Assembly (NCBI GenBank): GCA_030248215.1
Contig: JASANG010001737.1
Span: 620,001 to 684,000 of the forward strand
Direction: 5' to 3'
DNA: 64,000 bases
Origin: Enoplolaimus lenunculus
Lineage: Eukaryota
The position numbers and the translations under genes are program-made. Positions 1 to 12,519 of this stretch are shown here, piece by piece. The notes below the pieces were generated by a model that had not been told where the DNA came from, made no database searches, and saw only the letters and a list, made by a program, of their open reading frames with translations. The first letter of the stretch is position 1. Every line of letters starts with the position of its first letter.

Positions 1-480
1 AACGATTATCTGGTTAATGAAAAAACAGTATTTGCATTATCCGAGGCGAAATCTGTGTTCCACAAAATGTACCACCCGGCCGTTGCGTTTTTGGCTGACC
101 TCCCGTATTCAGGGGGACACTAGTTAACGCTTGAAACGCAGCACACGTATGGGTTTTAAAATATAAGGTGGACACGCGACGTGCCTTGGCTACATTCTTT
201 TGTAAACAGAAAGTACGCAGTTGCACACTCTTGTAATAAGAGTCATTACCGACTCTTGGTTAAACTATTGCCCGATGCCGGCCTCTTTGAAAGTTTAACT
301 TTACTTCAAACCATGAATTACTGGAATTGTGCGGAGGCAGAAGTCGCTGTCAGCTTAACAAACACACTAAAACTGTCACTTGCATATGCCATGTTCGACA
401 ATATTTTTACACAACTTAAAATCATTTAGTAGTTCTTCATTAACATTTCAAGATTTTTTCAATCAATACTTAGAAATGTT

Positions 481-619
481 GGCCCATGTAAAGATCAGGA
501 GCAGAACGTTTTTCTGTGGGTCTGCAACAGAGTAAGTTTAAATTTCAGACTAATTTTTTTTGCTTGGCTTAGGTTTAGGCTTAGGAATATGCTTATAATA
601 CTGTTGCGTCCCATTGGCC
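481..619 (+). mobile_element. TTAGGC-bearing MITE (GGCC TIR, 8-bp TSD; Merlin-like)
   Basis: GGCCCATGTA...CATTGGCC; perfect TSD GAAATGTT at 473-480 and 620-627; internal GCTTAG repeats. Confidence 0.85.
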
Positions 620-1180
620 GAAATGTTTACCAATTTGCTTGAAAATAGTTCACGTTTTTGTCCTCTAACAGGACCGATGTTGAAATAATCGCCCATCCCC
701 AAACAGGTCGGAGGGGCCCCCTAATAAAATCTTTCGAAGCTCTATAACTTCGTGGCCCGCGAACTGGGGGGGGAGTGGGGTGACAATTTATCAGGAGGCG
801 ATTACAAGAACTTTCGTTGACTTACAAACAAGGTTGAGAATTATCTAAAGGGGCTAAAAAAAATTTTCAACAGGACTGATCCTGCCTCGGCTGCGCGCAC
901 GAATGGTGTGTACTACTGCTAACTGACATATAAAAATTCTATATATACACTGGAGAAAGCTAATTACGAACATATGTTTCTAAACCAGTTGATTCTAGAA
1001 CATAACTCAATTCAAAGTCTTCTATTTGCTCTCAAACAGTAGGCGGAAAACGTCACGTATTATAATTGCTAATGAGTTGAACAAACACGCGTCAACAATT
1101 TTCAGTTTTATACAACCAACAGCGTAATATATTATATTCAGTTTAAAAATAAAGTGGATTGATGGCAAAATTACTCTTAA

Positions 1181-1442
1181 CCCTTTCTCACATGGATATT
1201 TTCTATTTCCCCTGAGACCTACTTTTATGCTAGGATTCTAACTCCAGTGACTGGAGTGGAAGGCGTATACCATCACCACTCAGCTATAGGAGCTTGACGC
1301 TCGAGCCCGAGGGGCTCTCACGTCTTGTGGTGATTTAGTACTATGTATACGTGTTGCAATTGTTAAACACGGTACGATATATACTATTTAACGTATATAC
1401 ACTGCGCTGAGTTGCCTACACGCAACTCAATGTGAGAAGGCG
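1181..1442 (-). mobile_element. piggyBac-type MITE with internal tRNA-derived cassette (copy 1)
   Basis: TTAA|CCCTTTCTCACAT ... ATGTGAGAAGGCG|TTAA; near-identical to 30409-30671 (inverted) and 59930-60191. Confidence 0.82.
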
Positions 1443-2556
1443 TTAAACATAAGTTCAAGTCTATAGATACAATTAGCAGTTTAGCTGTTACATTTGAATC
1501 GAACTCTCAAGCTACGTCTTATCTCAACCGATAATGCTATTTTAGTCGGTCATACTTCTTCTCCGAAAGCGACCGAATTATAGTTCTTTGTTTTAGTTGA
1601 GAATTTTACTTCGAACGCAAATCAGCAACATATGATAGGCAGGACATATGAGTACGGTAGCGGCAGGGCCGGCCGGCCAGGTACAGGCGCGGACGTAGTA
1701 AGTAGTCGACACAGCCGGCGCCAACCGCATACAAATTTTGGTAGCAAAAATTGACCACTGTATAATAAACGTCAGCTATCATGAAATGCCGTTTTTATTA
1801 AAATTTTTGAGTTAAGATTCAAACCGCGGCCACTCGGTTAAAATGTGTATAACACCATCTGTCAGGTATATAAGAGCGTGAGACGTTCGAACCCTTCAGC
1901 CCATGTGTGCCCTCACGTCTTTTAAACATCTTATACTGTACCTATGTGCTTTAATTATAATTGTTAAATTTTGACTATTGCAGAATGTGCACTTAAAGCA
2001 CAGTTGGAATTTCATTCTGGTTACGATTGTACTTTCGTCTAACACTTTGTTGGCGAGCAATCGTAGCAAGCGAGAGAAATTTTGACCTCTGCAATTGAGT
2101 CCACAGCTTCTATAAATGCTTTTTTATCGTGTCTTTCCAAAAATTTCATAGGTATATACCCCGTCTATCTCTTATAATTATTGTATACTCCCAGTGCACG
2201 TGCACAGGATGCAATTTATTTGCTTATAGTACACTCTATGCCCATAAGGGTTTTAACCAATTTTCAATTAAAATGCATCTTTAACGGCACACGCTCAGTC
2301 ATGGCACGTTCGTAAAATTTCTGTACCATCAGCAACTTGGGCTTGCAACACACTTATGAGCCTTGCTGTTAACCCTGAAGATCAAATTATCTACACCCGG
2401 CATGTAAATATCTTCGTGTTTACAGGTATATCAAAAAATAAGGTAATATAGTATATGTTCCCAGAATAAGTCTAAGATCTAACAATAATATCCTAACCAA
2501 CTACAGCATCTAAAAATAATATTTCTTCTGTTCCAGTCAAATCTCGTATAATTTGG

Positions 2557-4806
2557 ATGGCGACCCTGCCATCGCCATACACCCCCACACCTGCACCGGA
2601 TCCCAAAGACTCCATGGTTCAAGCCATACAACCAGCTTTAGCATTCGTCACATCTAACCAAACGGTGAACCTATCCGTGCCCGTGGACCAAACTCCACGA
2701 CCCATAGCAGAAATCGCGTTCGGAACTTTTATTCTTCTCGCAATCATTGTCACCACTGCGTTTGGCAACACGCTCGTCATATCGTCAATCTTTACTTATC
2801 GTCCGTTGAAAAAGGTTCAAAATTTCTTGCTTGTTTCGCTCGCATCGGCTGATCTGCTCACTGCGCTACTGGTAATGCCGTTTCATATTGTTAAATTTGT
2901 CAGCAATGGCCGTTGGTTATTCGGATTTCTGGTTTGTCAAATGTGGCTTACGATGGACATACTGTTGTGTACGGCGTCAATTTTAAATCTGTGCGCAATT
3001 GCGATTGATCGCTACTGGGCGATTCATAATCCGATCCGGTACGCTAATTTACGAACGCGAAATTTCGTTCTTAGTCTCATCGCGCTGGTTTGGTCGATTT
3101 CCGCTGTAATTTCCGTACCACCTCTGCTTGGCTGGAACGATTGGAGCCAAGCAACACTGGTCACCGAATGCCAGTACACCACAGATCGAGGCTTTGTTGT
3201 CTACTCAGCCCTTGGATCGTTCTATATACCATTTGCTTTGATGACGAGCGTTTATGTGAAAATATTTCTCGCCGCCCGTCGCCGTATTCGTCGCCAGAAT
3301 GAAACTGTTCGCAAAGGACTTGAAATTGTTCAGCATACGATCATTGAAGAACCAATGCAAACAATGTTCGAGCATCGCATAGAGATTGCCGCTGTTCCAG
3401 TGCGACCCCGAGGTGATTTTGAAGACGATGAAAGTTGCCAACGATCGATGTGTTCGTCGATGGAAGACGCCAGGGACACCAAAGTTCGTGGGAGCCCGCG
3501 CCGGAAACGTGAGGTCTCCACGGTTACTGGCTGCACCATGCGGCATTTGTTCGACTCACGACCTCATTCGCGAAACGAGCCTGAAATCGAAGATATTCAG
3601 CAAGACGGCGAAGACAGCTCAATTGAAGACGAATGCCAAATGCCAGAATGGCAAAGTGTCGCGTCACCGCTGAAGAAGCAATCGTCAGCCGCAATTGATA
3701 CAAAAAATAACATAGCTAATGTCGAAACAAACGTCATTTATGGAAAAGGATTTTCTTTGGCGAAAATTCGAAAAGTTTGCGTTCGGCCACGACTGTCTCA
3801 AAACACGTCGACAGCGAAATCTTCTCGAGACTCAGCCAGACAATTGGAAGCTTCTACGAAACCAACCAAACAACGACAACAGCAGCAACAACAAAAACTT
3901 GGAGACCAGCAACAACAAAAACTTGGAGACCAGCAACAAGAGCATACGTCGCGAACACGTCGCCAAGTGCGATTCGCTTCACTTAGAGCTCTTGCGAGAC
4001 GATCTAGAAGAACCCGTTCAAGCATTCGCGAACCAGCAGACCAACAGACAACAATAACTCATTGCAGAGTCAATGACGACAACCAAACAAACCTTAAAAT
4101 GACGACTGGAGCAGAACAAACTCTATTCCACAATCCAATAACTCCTGTGAGCTCACTGAACTCGCTAAACGATCGCAGCAAAATGGCACCGTTGAGCAGA
4201 ATGGAATCGTTGGAATGTAAAACAGACGATGAAGACAGGATCTCAACAGGAGTTGGAAACGGCAAAACGAGACGCAACTATAGCCAACCGGTATTCAACT
4301 GGCGAAAATCACTATTTCGACCAAACCGAAACACCAGACGAGACACATGCTTTCGCGTGAACGGCAACCATAAACATCTCGCCAGCATCACAGCAGCAAC
4401 AATAACAACAACTGCACCAGTTCCAGGCCACAACACTCCATCTGATCCGATCCAACGATATTTTCGTGAAAAAGAACGAATTTCAATTTCAAAAGAAAAA
4501 AAAGCCGCAAAAACCTTGGCAATCATTATGGGCGCATTTGTGCTCTGTTGGCTGCCGTTTTTTACACTTTATCTAATTTCACCGTTCATCAGTGAAACAG
4601 CGATCAACGCGAAAATTTTCGAAGTCGCAAACTGGCTTGGGTATATTAACTCAAGCGTTAATCCAATTATTTATACAATATTTAATGTTGATTTTCGAAA
4701 AGCGTTCCACAGACTTTTGTGTAGCGGTGCCGCGTCAAATGCGACAAAATTTCATCAACGCGGAGGAGTTGGAGGACGGCGTACGGTACCTGTGGCTAAA
4801 AACTGA
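2557..4806 (+). CDS. ser-2: Class A biogenic-amine GPCR, tyramine receptor of the SER-2/TAR1 type; single coding exon, 749 aa, very long third intracellular loop
   Basis: Seven hydrophobic segments with GN (TM1), LASAD (TM2), amine-binding Asp in MDILLCTASILNL, DRYWAI, TM5 serines (YSALGSF), KEKKAAKTL, CWLPFF and NPIIY. Segments VQNFLLVSLA, DRYWAIHNPI and SVPPLLGWN resemble nematode SER-2 as recalled. Acceptor-like TTCCAG ends at 2536; AATAAA at 4831. Confidence 0.88.
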   Translation: MATLPSPYTPTPAPDPKDSMVQAIQPALAFVTSNQTVNLSVPVDQTPRPIAEIAFGTFILLAIIVTTAFGNTLVISSIFTYRPLKKVQNFLLVSLASADLLTALLVMPFHIVKFVSNGRWLFGFLVCQMWLTMDILLCTASILNLCAIAIDRYWAIHNPIRYANLRTRNFVLSLIALVWSISAVISVPPLLGWNDWSQATLVTECQYTTDRGFVVYSALGSFYIPFALMTSVYVKIFLAARRRIRRQNETVRKGLEIVQHTIIEEPMQTMFEHRIEIAAVPVRPRGDFEDDESCQRSMCSSMEDARDTKVRGSPRRKREVSTVTGCTMRHLFDSRPHSRNEPEIEDIQQDGEDSSIEDECQMPEWQSVASPLKKQSSAAIDTKNNIANVETNVIYGKGFSLAKIRKVCVRPRLSQNTSTAKSSRDSARQLEASTKPTKQRQQQQQQKLGDQQQQKLGDQQQEHTSRTRRQVRFASLRALARRSRRTRSSIREPADQQTTITHCRVNDDNQTNLKMTTGAEQTLFHNPITPVSSLNSLNDRSKMAPLSRMESLECKTDDEDRISTGVGNGKTRRNYSQPVFNWRKSLFRPNRNTRRDTCFRVNGNHKHLASITAATITTTAPVPGHNTPSDPIQRYFREKERISISKEKKAAKTLAIIMGAFVLCWLPFFTLYLISPFISETAINAKIFEVANWLGYINSSVNPIIYTIFNVDFRKAFHRLLCSGAASNATKFHQRGGVGGRRTVPVAKN

Positions 4807-4850
4807 CCATCAAAACAATTTTCCCAATGCAATAAAACTATACAAACTTC

Positions 4851-5324
4851 GGCCCATGTTTCTTTAAGCGGCGTCCAGGTTTCTGGTGAGTCCATAAAAG
4901 AGTAGGTATAGATTCTAGATTACATTTTTTTGCTTAGGCTTAGGCTTAGGCTTACGCTTAGGAAAACATTTTTGCATCGCTTAGGCTTAGGAATACGCTT
5001 AATCTACTGTTACGCCCCTTAAAGTACCATTGGTCTAAACTTCAATGGCTCTTATACTACTTACTTCTCCCGCAGTTTTAGAAATTTTCAAAATTTGGCC
5101 ATAACTTAGTCTTTACAATTAGGCTAAGGTAACCATTAATATACTGGCCCATGTTACTTTTATGGGCGTCCACGTTTCTGGTAGATATATAAAAAAGTAG
5201 GTTAGATTCTAGATTGCATTTTTTGCTTAGGCTTAGGCTTAGGAACACAATTTTGCAACGCTTACTCTTAGGATTAGGAAAACGCATAATCTACTGTTAC
5301 GCCCCTAAAAGTAACATTGGGGCC
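4851..5324 (+). mobile_element. Two TTAGGC-bearing MITEs, subfamily C (4851-5035 and 5146-5324)
   Basis: Ends GGCCCATGTT(A/T)CTTT and AAAGTA(A/C)CATTGG; first copy has TSD CAAACTTC/TAAACTTC; (GCTTAG)n core. Confidence 0.8.
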
Positions 5325-6349
5325 AACTTTCTAATAACCTTGAACGTGAATAACTTTCTTTCAATGCTAATAATTCTTTATCACACAAGTCTGTAATTAC
5401 TGCACTGATCCAATATTTGGCCTTTCTAAAAGATACTTACCTACCACGGACTATTAATTGTTTTTCAAACCACTTAAAGAATTTTGTCTATTTGATTAGC
5501 AAAATTAAAAAGCAGACTAAAATATAATTGCTTTCACTTCATTACTGTGTTTTACTTGCTCTAAGATCTTGGCCCATATTCTCAAATGCATGTAGCACCT
5601 ATCACCAGTTAGTAATAGTAGGTTTTCAAACGAACGAAGTGCTGCAATTACAGATCCCAAAATTTGCACAGTAGCAGAGAAAATCGAAAGCAAATAAATG
5701 TGCTGAATTTCAAACCTCACGATTCCCTGGTTCAATAGTTACAAGGCATATCACCAACTGGTAAAACGTGCTACACACATTTGAGAATACTGGCTCTTAT
5801 CTCAAGCTTGCAATCAAATACCGGATTCTGGCATTGACGGTTTTACGAAGGATACAACCGAATGTGCAAAAAGGATATCAAGTAATGTGTTCCCTTTGGC
5901 GTTTACACGGGATCAAGAGGAGTAATAGGATAAAGGTAAAATTTGTTTGCGGAAATGAAATGGGTATGATGGCCGCACTTTGACTTGGTAGGCCTGTCAA
6001 ATGGTGGCTATGATGGGCACACCGAATCTCATGGATGGCACCTGCCAGAAAATATCTACAATGCACATGCAGAGTGCGACGAAATTGGCAGATGAATTTT
6101 TGAACAAGTCTCTTCGGTATGATGGTTTTCAAGTAGGTCGACTCAAGCGCTGACGTTCTCAGATCAAGGAATAGTTTCTCAGTTTTCAAAAAAAATTTGA
6201 GTTTGGGGCTTTAAAAAATTTGGTAACGAATTCTTTTAATGTTGTGGGCAAGTTCATCGACCAGGAGAGATAAATGTTTTTAGTAAGCCAAGCAGCGCAC
6301 CCACCCCGTAGGATACATGTACTGAATCAGTTCCTCCCAAAATCCGCGG

Positions 6350-6950
6350 TACCCGGGAAATTGGGATTTTGCAAAATTGGGATATTACCCGGAAATTGGG
6401 TTTTCGGGCATAGCCTTTTTCGCTCGGGATTTTAGAAAATTCGGATATTTACCGTGGAAATTTGGATATTTCGCAGCCTTTTTCGCTCGGGATTTTGGGA
6501 AATTGGGATATAACCCGGAAAATAGGGATTTTGGAAATTCGGATATTACCCTAGAAATTTGGATTTTGGGCGCAGCTTTTTTCGCTCGGAATTTTGCGAA
6601 ATTGGAATTTTGAGAAATTCAGATATTCCTACCCGAGAAACTCGATTACCCTCGAAATTGGGATTTGGGCGCAGCCTTTTTCGCTCGGTATTTGGGAAAT
6701 TGGGATTTTGCGAAATTGGTATTCTGGGAAATTGGGATGTTACCCGGGAAATTGCGATTTTGGGCGCAGCCTTTTTCGCTCGGGATTTTGGGAAATTGAG
6801 ATATTACCATAGAAATTTAGATTTTGGGAAATACGGATATTATCCGGGAAATTGGAATTTCGGGTGCAGCCTTTTTCGCTCGGAATTTTGGGAAATTGGG
6901 ATATTACCCGGAAAATAGGGAATTTGGGAAATTCGAATATCCGTAAAAAT
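6350..6950 (+). repeat. Complex minisatellite of GGAAATTGGGAT(A/T)TT, ACCC and GCAGCCTTTTTCGCTCGG modules; duplicated at about 7730-8350
   Basis: Modules are directly visible and recur many times. Confidence 0.9.
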
Positions 6951-7289
6951 AGGACTTTGTGAAAATAAAATTTTGGTAAACCCATCACTTTACCGGTAGG
7001 ATAAAATTGTCCATTTGTACTTTAACACATGTATATATTATAACCGTAATTTTATGTCAGTCCCACGGTACCATTGATTTGGATTGACACAAAATGTCCA
7101 GGTGTTAGTTGAAAGCGCTATATATAGTGTCCATTAAACGTTAAACTGGATAAGCTATGCCGTCCGCGATAGCATGCATAGCTAGTACTGGACGCCATAG
7201 GATATCTAAGAAACTACGTCCAATATAAGATGTTTGACATATTCGAAGCAACAAAAACCTGTCAGTATAATGCGTATGTTTCCACGATA

Positions 7290-7595
7290 TTTTTGGCGGG
7301 TAAACTCAAAGTTTGGAGATATAAGTTTAAGATTTAGCAGCAAAACTGATGTCTTCGGTGGAAAGTTCAAATTTTGACGGGAAATTCCAATCTTGAGAGA
7401 AATTTAAATTTTGGCGGGAAATTCAAATTTTGCCAAGTACTTCAAATTTTGGCGAGATATTTCAAATTATGGAATTCAAATTTTGGCGGCAAAATGAAAT
7501 TTTGGCGTGAAAATTAACTTTTGGCTGGAAATTCAAAATTTTGCGGGAAAATTCAAATTTTGGTAGGTAAATTCAAATTTTGGCGGGAAATTAGG
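7290..7595 (+). repeat. 19-20-bp degenerate tandem repeat TTTTGGCGGGAAATTCAAA; duplicated at about 8690-8995
   Basis: About 10 visible units per copy. Confidence 0.85.
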
Positions 7596-9107
7596 AAATT
7601 TTTAATACAGCTCTTACTTTTGGTATGCGGAATTTTTCAAAACAAAAATAAATGTTTTTAATAAGCGAAGCAGCGCACCCACCCCGTAGGATACATGTAC
7701 TAAATCAGTTCCTCCCAAAATCCGCGGTACCCGGGAAATTGGGATTTTGCAAAATTGGGATATTACCCGGAAATTGGGTTTTCGGGCATAGCCTTTTTCG
7801 CTCGGGATTTTAGAAAATTCGGATATTTACCGTGGAAATTTGGATATTTCGCAGCCTTTTTCGCTCGGGATTTTGGGAAATTGGGATATAACCCGGAAAA
7901 TAGGGATTTTGGAAATTCGGATATTACCCTAGAAATAATTCGGATATTACCCTAGAAATTTGGATTTTGGGCGCAGCTTTTTTCGCTCGGAATTTTGCGA
8001 AATTGGAATTTTGAGAAATTCAGATATTTACCCGAGAAACTCGATTACCCTCGAAATTGGGATTTGGGCGCAGCCTTTTTCGCTCGGTATTTGGGAAATT
8101 GGGATTTTGCGAAATTGGTATTCTGGGAAATTGGGATGTTACCCGGGAAATTGCGATTTTGGGCGCAGCCTTTTTCGCTCGGGATTTTGGGAAATTGAGA
8201 TATTACCATAGAAATTTAGATTTTGGGAAATACGGATATTATCCGGGAAATTGGAATTTCGGGTGCAGCCTTTTTCGCTCGGAATTTTGGGAAATTGGGA
8301 TATTACCCGGAAAATAGGGAATTTGGGAAATTCGAATATCCGTAAAAATAGGACTTTGTGAAAATAAAATTTTGGTAAACCCATCACTTTACCGGTAGGA
8401 TAAAATTGTCCATTTGTACTTTAACACATGTATATATTATAACCGTAATTTTATGTCAGTCCCACGGTACCATTGATTTGGATTGACACAAAATGTCCAG
8501 GTGTTAGTTGAAAGCGCTATATATAGTGTCCATTAAACGTTAACTGGATAAGCTATGCCGTCCGCGATAGCATGCATAGCTAGTACTGGACGCCATAGGA
8601 TATCTAAGAAACTACGTCCAATATAAGATGTTTGACATATTCGAAGCAACAAAAACCTGTCAGTATAATGCGTATGTTTCCACGATATTTTTGGCGGGTA
8701 AACTCAAAGTTTGGAGATATAAGTTTAAGATTTAGCAGCAAAACTGATGTCTTTGGTGGAAAGTTCAAATTTTGACGGGAAATTCCAGTCTTGAGAGAAA
8801 TTTAAATTTTGGGGGGAAATTAAAATTTTGTTAAGTACTTCAAATTTTGGCGGGATATTTCAAATTATGGAATTCAAATTTTGGCGGCAAAATGAAATTT
8901 TGGCGTGAAAATTAACTTTTGGCTGGAAATTCAAAGTTTTGCGGGAAAATTCAAATTTTGGTAGGTAAATTCAAATTTTGGCGGGAAATTAGGAAATTTT
9001 TAATACAGCTCTTACTTTTGGTATGCGGAATTTTTCAAAACGAAAACTATACCTATGTGGACATTTCGTGTTTAAAAAAACTATGCGTGGACGCCGTAGC
9101 TAGCTAG

Positions 9108-9461
9108 CCGGGTGCAACCAGAGGTGAAAAATACCGGAGCCGGAGGTCAAGGAAACTTCCCGGAGCCGAAAGATAGTAGAAATTGGGCAGCAAAAATGAT
9201 GGTTAATTAGTTAATTTTAGCCAATATCTGCAATACATATGTTGTTAAGTTGTTTGGTTTTACGCTAATTTGCTGTGAAATTTCGGAAATTCATTCCTGA
9301 AAATTGCAACCAAAGTAAAACGAAATGCGCTGAACATATAAAATTTGCAAAACTATGCAAAATTTTACTACCGAAATTGCCGGAACCTCCGGCAAAAATT
9401 CTACCGAAGCCGGATATTGATTTTCTGCTGGAGCCGGAGGTAGACCTCCTTTTGTACCCTG
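9108..9461. mobile_element. Diverged hAT-like MITE (C(A/C)GGGTGCAA...TTGTACCCTG)
   Basis: TIR-like ends and CCGGAGCCG subterminal motifs; related fragments near 19000-19340, 33250-33350 and 53290-53362. Confidence 0.55.
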
Positions 9462-9959
9462 CTAGTTATTTCGCTTGACTTAGGCTTAGGAATATGCTCA
9501 TAACACTGTTCCGGCCCTGTTCTTTACATTGGCCAAATTTATTAATACCACTGAATCCAAATTTTTAAACTTTTGCATAAAATTCGGTATTTTTATATTA
9601 TATCGAGCCACTGCAGCATACCTGTAATGAAAGTTTCGCCATTACCGGAATTTAGCGGTATTCGTTTAACGAAAACGAACACTGCAATTAACCGGAAACG
9701 AATATTTTATTAGTCCCCGGCAATAATACTTTACTACTCAACCGACAAGTGCGCAAACGGAGAATACAGGTCGAAAAATGTTAATCAAAGGAAAGCTCTC
9801 ATACTAAACACTTTCCAATGTCATTCCTGTCCCGATCGCGAAAAACCATTTAACCAGCCAATCAGAGAACAGTAATACAACACCGGAATGAGAATTTATT
9901 CAAAGCAGCACCCATCATGCACAATACTGCATACTGCATGACATAAATCAGCTTGACCG

Positions 9960-10307
9960 CAGGGTGCAACCGGAATTCCGGTTCCGGCATTTTTTCACCT
10001 TCCGGTTCCGGTAAATTTTTACCGGATTTAAAAATTACGTTGTTATAATTTGGCCGTTTTCTTAACTTTACTAATTTTTAAGAATCTCTTTTGAAAGCCA
10101 CTTGTACACCGAATATAAGCCATTGATGGTGGATTTCACTTCAGTCGATGATGAAAATCTAAAATACAACAAATAAAATAAATACCTATGTTCGACTAAG
10201 GTTATTTCACAAATAATAAAGCAAAAAATAAGATTAAAACGAAATTTTTGGTGAAATGCATTTTTCACTTTCCGGTTCCGGTAATTTGTAATTCCGGTTG
10301 CACCCTG
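9960..10307. mobile_element. hAT-type MITE
   Basis: 17-bp TIR CAGGGTGCAACCGGAAT; perfect 8-bp TSD CTTGACCG; subterminal TTCCGG repeats. Confidence 0.85.
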
Positions 10308-10339
10308 CTTGACCGTAATTTACCTTAATTTTAGTTTAA

Positions 10340-10572
10340 CCCCTTCTCACAGGAATATTTGCAATTTCACATTAGATGTAATTTCAAGGTGAGATTCGAA
10401 CCCCAGTTTCACGGGTGGGAGGCGTTTACGATGACCACTGAGCTATCTCACGTCTTGTGGAGATTTTACACTCTGCATATAGGTTATATATTTTAAACAC
10501 TGATCACAGTGTGTGTATTCATCGTACATTATTGTATTTAGCTGCTCATAGTATACTCTATGAGCGAAAGGG
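10340..10572 (-). mobile_element. piggyBac-type tRNA-bearing MITE, second subfamily
   Basis: TTAA|CCCCTTCTCACA ... GCGAAAGGG|TTAA; minus strand carries TAGCTCAGTGG and GGTTCGAATCT. Confidence 0.75.
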
Positions 10573-12288
10573 TTAAGGCTCGATAACATATTGGCGAAAC
10601 CAAATCATCAGAACTTAGCTTTTTGGTGAAAAATTTAGTTTTTAAGCCTAAACATGCCCAAATTATTTAACCTTTTCAATTATTGACGTGACTTACTCTG
10701 AGCAGGCAACTGACAATTTACGCAATCGTACTAATCCCTGGTTATCCCATGATTTACAATATAGTTAACCAAGCCTTTATATACCGAAACTAAATACCTA
10801 TCGTTTTATTTACCACAATTATTATAGAAGACTGCAAACTGTTGCTTTTATAACAAAATTGCTCTTTTAGCCTAATTTTATCGTGCATAAATGCATAATA
10901 CAGTTACCACAAAACAAACAAATGTAAATGTTAAACGAACAGAGCACTTAATTTAAATCTTTTTGTAACAAAATTTCAATTCTTTACCTCACAAAGTGCA
11001 CTATAAATACTGGCGAAAATTTTTTTGCCCAAACTATGACAGAAAATCACTTACCTTCTTCCTGCAATGACCCAAAATTTTTCAAGAGTAAACTACTGGG
11101 CGATTTTGTAATATGTCACTGCATAATCCTGTTGCATCTTATTTCGACGGTCAGAAACGCAATGCGGTAATGCAATACACTACAATGCAGCTTGCTACTA
11201 AAGCGAACAGCATCTCTAATTTAGTTTTCAGAAGACCACCACCGTAAGCAGCATAGCAAAACACAATGCATCTCGTAAATTATTTCAAAGTTTAGGATTC
11301 GACCGGAACCTGCATGGAAATCGGAACCGTATCCTGCAAACAGGAACCGTAATGAAAGCTGACAAATTAATAATTATGCCCCATTCCAGTTTAAACAGGA
11401 ATACCAGATAAAACTAACCATTTTACATAAAAAATACTACAAATAGCAGCAAAACTAAAAGATCCGGTTTGCAGTCATGAAGTCGAGCCCGGGATCGGCT
11501 AAACCAAAACCAAACCTTCCGGTCGAACCGTGCCATTGTGTTTAAATTTGTCAATACCAAATAAACAGTTCAATTTTGTTTCGTTGGATGCTTCGTCAAA
11601 ACAAACTGATTTCTTTTCATTCCATTCAACATCATTTGCCGCGGCCACATCTACTGGCTCGTGTGTCACAGAGATGATCTACGAAAGCAATTTACCACCC
11701 ACACTGAAGTGCTCTGACCATATATGCGTTACTCTCTACTACTGATTGCCAAACTAACCCGCAACTGTTTCAAAATTCATACGTGCCTCTGATATTACAA
11801 CGAAACCTCAATCGCAAGACAACTCTTCTAAAATCAGGTCGTCGTAGTTATAGTTGTTTGCCGTCAATTATTTACATAGTAAATAGCAAAACATCATCGG
11901 AATTTGTCCACAAGTAAAATTTACTTACATTTCCGCACAGAAACAATACTCGAAAGTTTAGGTCAAATACCAAACTAATTAATCTGCCTCAAAATCTGGC
12001 CACCGTAACATAAGCAATACACATGAACGAAACCGTAAGACCTCATCGTCAATCGCAATAGATCAACGTATGGCGATATCGCCAAATTAGTTCTCTGGCA
12101 GAAAGATGTCTTACACCGATTCAAACACCGAAACGCACTGTGCAACCATACATTATACGGCAGTCGCTACAACAACAATTAAAGACGCCGATCATTCGGT
12201 AAAAATTACCACATACATTCGCAACCCTTGCCAGGTTTATCTAATGCCTTCAAACAACACAAACCCATTGAAGTCCTTTAGATGTACA

Positions 12289-12488
12289 TCATTTTGACTC
12301 ATTGGATTTCTTTGCAATTGTAATCGATGATATGGGTGATGTTGTAGATCCTGAGCTCGACTGAACATTTAACGTTTGTGGACCGCGGCCAAAAAGAGGT
12401 GTCGGCCCAATAAGCGGCTGTCTAACAGGCTGCTGAGACAGTAAAGGCTGCCGCTGTTGTTGCTTACGCTGCCCCTGTTGTTGTTGTT

Positions 12489-12519
<31 letters not shown>

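Larger units (their letters stand above)
6272..9107 (+). mobile_element. Tandem duplication of a ~1.4-kb Helitron-like unit (about 6272-7649 and 7650-9045) with internal minisatellites
   Basis: Near-identical direct copies at offset 1378-1399. Hairpin+CTAG motifs (CTATGC...GCATAG-CTAGT near 7155-7187 and 8553-8585; CTATGCGTGGACGCCGTAG-CTAG at 9081-9107). No TIR or TSD seen. The duplication is certain; Helitron identity is an inference. Confidence 0.6.

Noticed and set aside
6377..8387. Multiple overlapping ORFs in the duplicated region
   Set aside because: They are translations of a minisatellite, open in several frames with no domain.
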